A stretch of DNA of 64,000 nucleotides from Marsupella aquatica (lineage: Eukaryota; Plantae; Marchantiophyta): contig OZ316898.1 of NCBI GenBank assembly GCA_973895155.1, positions 16,661,420 through 16,725,419 of the forward strand. The letters run 5' to 3'. Numbering within the stretch: position 1 is the stretch's first letter; each line of letters starts with the position of its first letter. Under the pieces are notes generated by a model. It worked only from the letters and a program-made list of their open reading frames with translations. It did no database searches and was not told where the DNA came from. Both the position numbers and the translations under genes were made by a program. Shown one piece after another: positions 26,990 through 38,470 of this stretch.

Positions 26990-27130
26990 TGAGTCCTAAG
27001 AGGAATGGGTGCTAACGTGGTATGACTGTTGGCATAAAGCTCAGGAGGAGAAAGGCAACGTTTGGGGATGAGCTACCCTCATGGAACATCTCCGCAAGGA
27101 AATGATGCCAAGAGATCTAGAGCTCGGATC
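26990..27130 (+). mobile_element. Possible Ty3/gypsy gag relic within AT-rich transposon debris (25400-29900)
   Basis: VLTWYDCWHKAQEEKGNVWG*ATLMEHLRKEMMP has the W...W..L...L spacing of retrotransposon capsid domains; weak. Confidence 0.3.
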
Positions 27131-30100
27131 TAGAGTGGACTGCTCAGGTGGGTCTCAAAGGTAATGGAAGGGCAATGTCCAAATGCATACCAACTTCTTT
27201 CAATTGATAGTGAATGAGACTATATATATATGGGCATTTGCAACTAGGTGTTGCACTTCATATAGTTGTTGCCCAAGAAGTCACCGTATTCATTAAAAGT
27301 GTGTTTTATTTTGTTCACTTTTAGGTCTCTAAATGTTCACTTTTTGGTCTCTAATTATACACTTTTTTACCCCAAAAGGTACACCATAGTAGAATACTTT
27401 ACACCTAAATGGTCAATTGTAAGCTTGAGGGGGCAAAGTTAAGGATCCTTACTAGAAAAAGTCTCATCCTAGTTCATTTACAGAGGATGAACATGGTGGT
27501 ATGTGTGATGACCACCACTTTAATTTTTTGCCCAAATGTACACTTTCTATTGCCCAAATGTTCATAAATTGAATAATAATTTGCTTTTAATAAATAGATT
27601 AGACACAGGAGTCCAAGCTAGCCAAGGAATGTTTAAAGCCAACCTGGAAGCCAACCAACCTCCACTTACTTCCACTTAGGAGTTCTCACAATTTATGAGT
27701 TCACTAGTCCATAAAGCAACTTGCAGGCCAATTTGAAGGTTTAGGGTCTACGCATTTACTAGCTCTTGATGGTCAGGTGAGGGTCCTTCCATCATATATA
27801 CTTATGGGGACCTGCCATCCCAGACCAGCTGTGGTCTATTATATTTTGGCCCCAACCAAAAAGGTTAACAAGTTATGCTGGACATGCCCTCTTACATGCA
27901 CGTAGATGTCGGAAAGCTGATTGCATTGAGGTCTCACAACACCTGAACATAATTTGGGCCAAAAGTTATGCCCAACCTAATGCTTGAGTGAAGTGCTCCA
28001 GGCATCCGTGACCATTACTTAGTCTAGATGCTATTGCGGCACGAGTTTGACACAATGGCTTTTGGGTCTAAACACGGCTTGCGCTTCCCATTACCACTTT
28101 GCCCGTGGCACTCTCTATGTGTGTTGCGGTGTTCTAGTCCAAGGGCGGAGCTCCGGGCGTGTTGCATAAGTACTCTAAACTTCAACGGGCCATAACATGC
28201 AATTCCAATGTCCATTTACAGACGTGTTTTATGCATTCGATTGAGCCGACTTGGTGCTCATATCAAGGCTATGCAGCCTGATTTCCAACCAACTTGCCGA
28301 GATGATAACTTCCATGCCTTAGCTTCCTTGGCTTGAGAGTAGTTGCTAGAAAGGTCCACTACAGATTCTCAATGTAATTGAAAGACAAAAAATAATGGAC
28401 GAGCCTAGTACTTTTTTCCAGATCACTCACAGTCTAGGCATTTTGAGTTATCTATTCTGATTCTCAGTCTGATCAAGTGGTGTGCAGGTTAGGTCAGTGT
28501 GGTGGGAGTTTTCCAAAGGATGCAATTCTCAGTGCACTTTGTTCTCAGCTTCATTATGTATTTATTTTATGTGAATGGGGAGTTTCAAAGAGGTAAAACC
28601 TCCCAACTTTTCAACCATGTCCAGCTCAATTGGAATTGCTTATTATCAGCATTGATATGGATTTGCAGAAACTTTATTGTCTATCGGACATGTATTGGAA
28701 TGGACTAGCCCCGACTACCCATTCTTTGAACGTGAATAGCGAAGAGGACAATAAAAAAATTATCAAAAAAAAATTTTTTTCATTAATATTCTTTAAAAAT
28801 TAATGAAATGATAATATATTATTTTCCTTGTATGTGCATATCAGTATTTTTGTGTGCACATCCATCTTCTATGCACATATGAATGTTGTGGTGGGGCCAT
28901 AGTGCTTATATTTTTTGAATGTAATAATTAGAAATTATTATAAAAAATTGGCATGTACATACATCATATTCATGTCATGAGTTTCTCTTATGCACATGAT
29001 GACCATAGAGTTACGGTCTAGAGGCTTCACTCTAGACCTAGGCTCTTAATTATAGACTTCAGTTCGCGCTTTTATATTAAGATTACGAATTTGCATTAGT
29101 AGTTGTTAGTTGATTGCAAGCTTTTAAAGAGTAATATAGTTGATCATCATAGCTAGCACCGTTAATAGCTACACACTACCTACAGAACTTGCAATCAATT
29201 AACTACTGTGCTACTAGTGAATATTTGTAATCCATTCCAAACGCGGGTACCATAGCATGTCAATAAAGTTTCTCTTACAAAGGCGGCCACAACTAAAACA
29301 CCTCAAGTATTGGTATTGCAATGGATGAATGTGTAAAATTTTACATAGATTCTTGAATATACTTTGAGTTTTAGCTAGGACATGAGATTAGAGGGTGGTC
29401 AACTGTAGCAAATTTTAATGTCACTTGTGTTTTCTCAGCAATTCAAATGGGGTGAGCCCATACAGGGAAGTTGATACATGGATGGATCACCATGCTTGAC
29501 ATTAGAAGATTGATGAACCAAACACCTTTTGATACCAATATACATGAACATGTAGAAAATTTTTGCCCATATATTCAAGCATATTGTGAAACGTTAAACC
29601 GTCGCTGCCCTCTGTAAAGGGCCTTGCCCCTAACCAGCCACTGTTCATATACTTAGATAAATAGTAGTATAGACCTACCCTCGAAGTCTCTCACTCACTT
29701 CTCATGCACTACCCGGGTATCAAAATGCAGTTTTTTTGGTGATTTCTTGACAAATATGAACTATTTCGAGGTGCAAAATCTTGTGGGACGTAGATCTGAG
29801 GCAGATATCCATTTTGAGCCCAAGATGGCCCCCTGAGATGACCTCAGATTGAAAGAGTCACTACCATATGATATGCTCTTTTGTATATATGAGTGTATAT
29901 ATGTAAAATGATTATGAATTACTTGGAGTGCTTTATCTGGAACTTGTGATTTAAAATCTACAGTAAATGAGCTCCTATTTGCTTCTAGGTGAAATCCATA
30001 TTCAAATTTGAACTGACCTACTCCGGTTGCGTCTGGGTAGTGGGGAACCCTTGCTCAAACCCTTCCTCTATTGCCCCACGCCCCCACCGGTATTCTGGCT

Positions 30101-32581
30101 ACTGTGTAGTGGAAGGCGGGTGAGAATACTCTAATGGGTGCTTTTGTGGTCGTGTGTTTCGACAATTCTTTGGCTAAATGTGATACTCCTACCCTGCCCT
30201 GCAGGAACACCGGTACGTTTGCCCCACCCGTGTCCGCGCTAAAAAGTATATGTACGGGAGACACTTCCTCCCTCTCTCTCTCGACCGCCATAAGCGGGTT
30301 TCGAACCTTCGACGCGGCCTTCCTCCACCCCCTTCCTTCGACGAACAGTATTATACCTTACCTTCCATTATAAAAGGCCCGGTATAGCAGTCATTCAATG
30401 CAGCGCACAGGAAATACGCGATTGGCGTTATCATGCCTGCCCCTTCGTAAATGCTGGACGCGAGCTGACGGATCCGTCCGTCGGCGGCCGTCAAATGCCA
30501 GCCTTGCCAGCCGCGCAGCAGGCAGGCAGGCAGCCTGGGGCCTGGGGGCACCAGTACCTCTCCTGCTGGACCTGCCAGTACGCAAACAAATAATCCGGCC
30601 GGACGCCGGAAAGAGGCTGAAACGGCTGTTGCGTGACGGCCGGGCCGGGCCGTCGTTGAAATTCTTTCGCTCCCCGTTGAATTCGTTCGCTCTCTACAGT
30701 GTACAGTTGCACCAGAACATGAGCTCGACTGGACTGGGGGGCATTCAAATGCGTTCCGAATCCCGGCCAGGTATCGGGAATGTACGGTGGGCAAGTTGCA
30801 TTGCGCTCTGCGTGCGGGGAAATGCCGGCAACCTGTCACAATCGCTGGCCCGCAGTTTAAGGAGGACACTGAGGCAAGGCCGCAAGGCTGGCTGCGTCGG
30901 GTGGCGTCGCCTCCTGCGAGCGAGGGGGGGGGGGACCCGGAGGACTGTACAGTACATGATGGCCCCGAATTACTGCAAGCCCGGCCCGGGCTAAGTTTCC
31001 CGGCCAATGTCGGAAAGTATTACTCAGCACGCCACATAATTGTCGGGGGAACGCCAGGCGTTTTGCGGCTTGCGGCGCCATTCCGGTACCGTGGAAGGAC
31101 GGACGGCTGGCTGTCTGTTCGCTTGTCGGTCCTGGGGCATACAGCCAATGCCTCCTAATTATATTATATAATAACGAGAGTATGCGCATACCGTCGATCC
31201 TTGCTCGGCGACTGCCACATTGTGGAAGCTCGCGAGTAAAATGTTTACCTGCAGTGTTATTTATATTCACGGTTGGGGGTAACTGGGAAAATGCGGGAAT
31301 GGGACCGACCGGACCTTGACCCACCACCGACCGACGGGGAAAGTTTACACTTCTTGCTGGTGCGGCATAGTCTTCATTGTACTCACTACAGTAGTACTCT
31401 CACTTACTCAGTTTCTACCTCGCATTGTACGCCGAGTGAATTTCCGGCTGTCGGCTGGCAACTGAGGACGCATTGTACGGTAATCGGGGGCTGGGAGTGA
31501 GGTCTTTATGTTTTTGGGTTTTCAGAATTACAGGTTTGCAGGGAGGGCCATCGTTCACCCGGATTAGGGTGCACTCTCACCCGAGGTTACGACTTGTTGC
31601 CCAAGGTAGACCCCGGACCTCAACCACGACTAAAAGTGTTTGTGCAGGTTTATTTTAATTAAGTTAGTGAAGGTTAACTTCCCAAGTACAGTAGTTCAGA
31701 ACCCGGCTCTTCAAATTTGGATGCCAGAAAGTTTATGAAACTGAACTTATGAAACTTTGTAACGTAGTAATGCTTAGAGCAAATTTCTGGTTTATCACGG
31801 CAATTCCTAATGCAGAAAACAAGGACAAAGAAAGGTCATCCTCTCTGAGTTCATTTGAGAGTTCAAGATCATAGGAAGATATATACAAAATTAAAGAGAT
31901 CAGCTAATGTGGGGACACATCAAGCTGTAACTAAATTACTCACGACCACCACAGTAGACAGAAGGACTGACAAGTCTAAGAGAATCTCATCAAGGAATAC
32001 ATGTCTGGCTATAGGTGGAACTACTGTATATCATTACAATTAATGATGCGATAAATTCTACAGTCAGCACTGTCTGTAGATTTAGGCTCGTCACATTCTT
32101 TGAACAGGTGTGAGACCTCTAGTGCAGTTGTTGTTGTGACTTGTTTCTCTATATGCTGGAAACAGAGGCAAGCAAACCTCGAGGGCGTCACTTTCATGCT
32201 GGGTGATCATCATCTGCAAAAACGAATGTTGTCAATACATTTTGAGGAACACTTATTAGAATATGAAAGTAAGGTTTCAAAAATCGAAAAGTGATACACA
32301 TCATCACTTGATTGGTTTAGAGCTACTTGTTTTTAAGTTGATAAAGGTATCATAACTGCACCTGATGCGGGTGCCTCCAATAGAGGGATGATGCAAAGAG
32401 GTCTTGGTGGGGAACCAAGTCTGATCAACCACTATACATACTTGACATTGTCCAAGTCAAACTACGTTTACCGAGTGCAATTGACTACCTTGTCAAACTG
32501 ATATGGTGCTCTAAGGATGCATATTCATCAGAAAATTATTGTCTGCAACAGAATTAAGCCATTGCCCAGCATTCAGGATAG

Positions 32582-32941
32582 TGTCATGCCGAGGGACAGT
32601 GCCGCTTGTGCACATCGGCATGTCCCTCGCATGCCCGCTAGGTATGGTTAGGGCTAGTGTACTACTTGAGTTAGTGTCATGTTCTTGTAGCGAGTTTGGG
32701 CTGTTCTTGAAGCAAAAGGGGTTTGTTAGTGTGACGCCTGGACCCGGTCCTACTTAGGGCATGTTTTTCTTTGTCGTTCTTCAGTTCTTCTTGAATCGCT
32801 ATTGACAGAGCTTAGACAGTGTGTTCGTCGGTTCCGTACACGGGATTCACACAGTGATTCGTTAGATGCTCCCGGCCGATCTTGGCATCCCGCCGGTTTT
32901 CGATTCGATTTCAGTACGCTTGTTTCTCTTACGCCTTTTAT
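32582..32941 (+). repeat. Repeat A1 (360 bp, left terminus)
   Basis: Matches 42022-42381 with 4 substitutions seen. Confidence 0.95.
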
Positions 32942-32953
32942 TCAAGAAGAACT
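32942..32953 (+). promoter_or_regulatory. Putative self-priming PBS (TCAAGAAGAACT)
   Basis: No TGG-type tRNA PBS after A1; 32940-32953 is the exact reverse complement of 32783-32796 (AGTTCTTCTTGAAT) inside A. Confidence 0.75.
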
Positions 32954-33420
32954 CTGTTGCCGGGTTAGCGATGAAGGGAAGAAGATCGGAGACGCTGTGC
33001 TTCTCAATTACTCGAGACAGTTGACGCTTTTCCGCTGATGCCGGTGCAATTTCTATGGAAAAACGCTGAGCGATGGGGTGGAAGTTATGATTTTAAGTGT
33101 ATACACTTAAGTATACACTTAAGTCAAACAAGCCCCCCTCCCTCGTTTTCCTTCACGTTTTTTTTGCCCAGGCTTTTCTTTTTCGGCCACAACCTGTTTC
33201 GCGACTTGCTGTTATCGATTGCCGCATCTACGCCGACTGCACAGGGCGCACCTGTGCTCGCGTTTTTAACAACTCCCTAGTACGACTGCCTCGGCCACCG
33301 CGCGCCCCTTTTCTTTCGCCCTTTTTCGCATTGCCAAACCTCGAAGTTCCTCCCTCCGTTTGTTTTCCTGCCTTTATCTCGCAGGCTGTGCGTACAGGGC
33401 ATTGTGTCTCCCACTGCCAG

Positions 33421-33895
33421 CATTTAATTAAGGAGAGGAGGGGGAGCAAGTACAAGCCGGGAGTCAAGAGGAGAAGGCACGGAGGCCTATGAAGCATTAA
33501 AGAGGAGGGAGGGGGGAGCCGAGTACCAGCCACGGAGGGGAGGGGGAAGCGCAAGGAGGGCACGAAGCCCTATGAGGAATTAAAAGAGGGGGAGAGAGGG
33601 AGTACATACGACTCCCTTCTCAGGAGTCCTGCAGGGCACGAAGCCCACTTAGCAGCATTCAAGAGGAGAGGGGGAGTTGAAGCGAAAGCAGGGCACGAGG
33701 CCCTAGGCAGCTCTGAAGCATTCAAGAGGAGGGGGGGCAGTACATTCGAACTCCCTCACACGGGAGTCTTTTGCCAGGGCACGAGGCCCAAATTGCATTG
33801 AAGGAGAGGAGGGGGGGAGTTCGTAGCCCCTTTTCGGGAGCACATAAGGTGGGGCACGAAGCCCTATGGAGGGCTCATGCCATTAAGAGGGCCCG
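33421..33895 (+). repeat. Degenerate purine-rich array in the element leader, ~7 units of 55-75 bp
   Basis: GGGCACGARGCCC (five copies) followed by ATTNAAGAGG and G/A tracts. Confidence 0.75.
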
Positions 33896-36800
33896 GTTTC
33901 TTTGCCCCCTCGCGACGTCTTTTCTCCTCTTTCCGGCCACCTGCGAGCTTGCCTCGGCTATTTTCCCCTTTTTCGGCCTTTCTCACTTTTTCGCGTGTGA
34001 CGATCGACCTGTTGCCAGTTCCTGGGTCCACATCGGGCCGATGTGTATACACTTAAGGGGGCCCCTTTCACGTGTTGCAGTGCCCATTTTTTTTCCGTTC
34101 GCTCCTACTTTGCTCTCAACTACTTGCATAGGGCACCGTGCCGGTGGGTCCTTCCTTTTTTGGGTCCACATAGGGGCCCGATGTATACACTTTAAAGGGG
34201 CCCAATGTATACACATAAGGGAGTGACCCTTTGTGCCGTTTTTTGTTGTTTTTATTCGTTTTTATTTTGACCCTTTTTAGGCAAGGCCGGTATACACATT
34301 GGGGCCAATTTCATCCTGTTTAGCCCCGGCCTCCTTGCCTCACGCCGTTGCTTCATTTGTGGGTTAATTTTCTAGCCTTGGGCCTGCCATTTATTTTTCT
34401 TGTCAGTTTCTTTCCCATCGGCCCCCCGGGTGAGCATGCAGCATGTCAGCAGAGGAGCCGAGTCGTAGCAGCTCATCACCACCGACACCCCGGTACCACT
34501 TACGGAGTGATCCACGACCGTTGGTGCCAATTTCATTGGAGTCTCGGCAATTTTGACGACGTCAGCAGACAGCAGCAGCACCCACACCACGCAACCCTTC
34601 TGCTACATTTGGCGGTCGCTTCACCTCTACCCCAAAGCCTGCTATCACTTCTTTGCCTTTTTCTCCTTCTGCATTAGTGATTGTTCCAACTTCACCGACA
34701 TATAGCATGGATTCCAGTCACTCATCTGGCCGCATTGAGCGCTTCAGCGGGCGGCCGGGCATTGTCTCTTTGCGTGAGTTCAAATCCACTTTCTACACTG
34801 TCGTTTACGAATTGGAGTTGAAGTATGGCAGCAATTTCACAAATGCTTTTGCATTTAAGCAGCTAGCCAGGTATGTGCACCACGAGGCTTTGGATGTGTA
34901 TGAGCAGCATTCTCAACGGCTGCTTGCTGTCACACAATTGCCTAACCCTGCCTATGCCACTGCAATTGCGGCTGCCTCACAACTGGCATTATAGAATGCC
35001 ATTGCAGCCCATGCTGCTGCTCCTGCCACTTCCCCTCCTACTCCCATTCCCACCCAGTTACTCCCACTGTCTTGGCATAGGCTACATCAGGCATTTCTCC
35101 CACCATTGATTCCCCTGTCTTTGCTGATCCAGTGGCTGAGTTTTTCCAGGTTCTTGAATTGGGATTCCCAATCAAGAGTGCTGACAAAATCATGCAGTTG
35201 GCCACCTTTGTGAGGCAGCGCGATGAAACATTGAAGATGCTATATCGCCGGCTTCTCAAGCTGAAGGAAGACACCCAGAGCATCATTGACCTTGAAGCTG
35301 CTCATCGCTATCTTCACGCATTGGAGGGCACACCAGCTCTCCATTCGCAAGTGTTGCAGCAAGTATTCTCAGAGTTTGGAGACAGCTACACCCTGCTCAA
35401 TGTCTATGACACTGCTGAGAAACTTGAGTTGGCCCATGCACATTATGAGGCCAGTATTGCACGTCCACCGCGATCCAGGTACCAGGCTGCTGCCCCTACA
35501 CTGGCCACTCCTTCCCGTGTGCCACAGTATGGTTCCAAGACCAAGCCAGCACATGCTGCTTTCATGCTGCCATCTTGCAACTACTGTGGTAACCCTAATC
35601 ACAAGGCTAATGAATGTGATATTGTTGCTGAGGACCTATCTTGTGATTTTTGTGGGAAAGTGGGCCACTTGGAGGCAGTTTGTTTTGCCAAATTCCTCGA
35701 GAGGAAGCAGCTACGACAGCAGGCCACTCATCCTACTCCTACTTCCACTCCCCCACCAGCTAGGAAGGCTCCTACTACATCAGTTGCTCCTCCTTCCAGT
35801 GGCAAAGCATCCAGTGCTAACAAATTGCCCAAGCAGCAAGAGAAGCAACCAGCTCAGAAGGAGGCTCACAACGCACAGGCAACTCAACTCCAGTCTTTGA
35901 CTCATGAGGTTGAGTCCCTACGTGCCCAACTTGCCAACATCAAAGGCAAGTCCACTGCCTCTGCTGGTCCTTCTCAACCGGCTGGCCACGTGCAACCCAT
36001 CCCTGGCCCAGGCACCACTGACAGTTCAACACCTCTACCCCGCTCTTTCTATGGCTTGCCATTTGATGCTCATATGGGTGAGTGTGTGCTGTCCTCTGCT
36101 ACACAGCCTGGCCTTACAGCAGAATTTTCAGATTCATTCTGCCCTTCCTATTTTGCTTACCAGCAGGCCAGTGCTGCCTCCCATATTGCTCCCACACGCC
36201 ACATTGTACAGGCTGATGGTCTTGCTGCTGGTCCTATGACTAGAGCCAGGGGAGCTCGGGCTGTCATGCCCCAATATTTTCAGCCACTCACACTTGCTAA
36301 AGAGCGCACCTTGTTGGCGAGGGGGGAGGGAGCTGCAGCTACATCCATTCCACCACCAGGTGCTGCTGACATTTCACAGGGAGCTGTTTTTCCTGAGCTG
36401 CTTGAGCATTTCACCTCCGGTATGGCACAAAGGATTCTTACCACTCCACTTTTCAGTTGCCATGATTTACAGCTGGATGCTAGAGCTGTCATCAGAGCGC
36501 TCGAGGGTTCACTGCATTCTTCATCAGCCCCTGTGACACCGGTTTTGGAGGTCCAATCTCATGTACATACTGGACCTTCTTCTTCTCCATCACATGTTTC
36601 CACTGGTTTGGCTGCCCCAGTACCGATTGCTGCTGATTGTGTGACCAGAGCTACACTTGATTCTGGTCATGCTGCTCCATCTTTCCTGGCTATGCTGTTG
36701 AGTGGGAAGACCGTGGACACTAACTCCCTTCACAAGGTACCTCATCATTTGCCAAAAGTGGTGCCTAGTGACAGGACTTTAGTTTCCACCACCATTGCCA

Positions 36801-37519
36801 TTGTTGACAACAGGAATTCAGCAGTCAAGTTGGAGGGTCACACTCCTTAGGTGGTCATGCTAGACACAGGCGCTCAACCAGTAATCTTGGGCATTCAGTT
36901 TGCCAAGAAGATGGGACTGCTGACTGATCATTTACAGCAATCCAAGTGGCACATTCGAACTGCTAGTGGCACTGTGGAGGATGTGCTGGGTGAGAGTTCT
37001 ACTTTACTCACTCTCACTTTTAATGGAGGTACAGATCAGGAACTGCATTTCCCAGTCAGATGTTTGGTTACCAATGCCACTACGTATGATGTGCTCATTG
37101 GCCAGGAGGCTTTGTTCCCACCAGGTTTTACTATTGACAACTGGCATGAGCATGCATACTACAGAGTTGATTGGCATACGGATGGCTCACACTTGGGATA
37201 CATTCCACTTGATTTGCATGGTACCCATACCCCTATGGCTCACCACTGTGTGTTGAAAGCAGTGCATACAACTACCTATGTCAACCACCCATTGCAGGAT
37301 TGGATTGAGGAGGATGATGATGAGGTGGCTGCTGCACATGCTGCTACACGTATAGCAGCACTTTCCAGCAACGTGGATCATCAACCAGAGGTGGTACAAT
37401 GGCTCCAAGCAGCCCATGGACCTTTAGTGGCTGCATTGCGCAAATTTGAGGACCTTGGGCAGCACAATGGACAGCCAATAGCCCCAATCTTGAGCGCACC
37501 AGTTACATGGACTCCTGCT

Positions 37520-38470
37520 CCAGATGGCCTTACATTGCTTGAGCTTTTTGGTGGTATTTCTACAGGCCTGGAAGCTCTCCTACAGTCTGGCATGGTGGTG
37601 AAGCAGTACATCTATGTGGATATTGATCCAGGTGCAAGGCAAGTGGCTGAATCCCGTCTGCTGGAATTTTCAGAGCGATTTCCCCAGCAGTTTCCACATA
37701 GTGCATGGAAGTCTGCATTTTCTTTCTTCCCTCCAAATATCCAGCTTGTCCAGCACCGGCACTTAACCCTTCTTGGCTCCCTTGATTTGATCATAGTTGG
37801 TTGGGAATGCCAAGGGTTTTCAGCTGCTGGTCACGGTGCTGGACTGCATGATTCTCGTTCTGGCCTTTTCACAACATTGGTTCAGATTCTCACCTGGGCT
37901 CAATCCCTTTATCCTGCTGTTGGTTATATCATTGAGAATACTCCATCTCAGTTTGACCAGCGTCCACAGGTCAAAGAGGATTTCAGTGTGGTCCAGCACT
38001 ACTTGGGACCACCCCTTCTCATTCATGCAGTGCACTGTGGTTCTTATGCACATCGTCTTTGTAACTTTTGGACTAACCTTGCACCACCTTCCTTGCTGGA
38101 GATGGCTCTTCACCACACATCCAGGGACACTAACCTTACAGTGGACCAGATTTTGGATCCTGACAGTTCTTGCCAACCAGTTACACGGCAAGAGCCAGCA
38201 CCTTGGTATCCAGCCAATACCATTGGACAACCCCGTGCTGCTTGGCCTACATTTGTGTCCTTTCCAGGTGCACATGCTTTTCAGGGTGATGGTCCTGGTC
38301 TGGTTTATCAACATTCTACCGGTATATGGGATGAACCTAGTCCTGAGGAGAGAGAACGGGCTATGGGCTTCCAACCCGGTACTACAGGTCACACCAAAAT
38401 CACCAGGCTGGCCAGGAATGCTTTACTTGGCAGGGTAATGGATCTCAATGCTCTCACTTGGCTTCTGGTC
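37520..38470 (+). other. DNMT3-like C5 cytosine methyltransferase domain within pol
   Basis: Motif I LLELFGGISTG; II YVDID; IV DLIIVGWECQGFS (Cys codon 37808-37810); V GLHDSRSGLF; VI YIIENT; VIII AHRLCNFWTNL; IX PEERERAMGF; X TRLARNALLGR. Order is unpermuted. Confidence 0.9.

Noticed and set aside
30351-31327. Overlapping 120-218 aa ORFs on both strands
   Set aside because: Arg/Ala/Pro/Gly-rich, no recognisable domains, expected by chance in GC-rich DNA.
33421-33895. CRISPR-like repeat-spacer array
   Set aside because: Repeats are degenerate and irregularly spaced, the context is a eukaryotic retroelement leader, and no cas genes are present.
36848-36850. Programmed gag-pol UAG readthrough just before the protease active site
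   Set aside because: Five other in-frame stops have the same CAG/CAA-to-stop pattern and this one falls inside the protease N-terminal region, so deamination is simpler. Only a family consensus can exclude readthrough.
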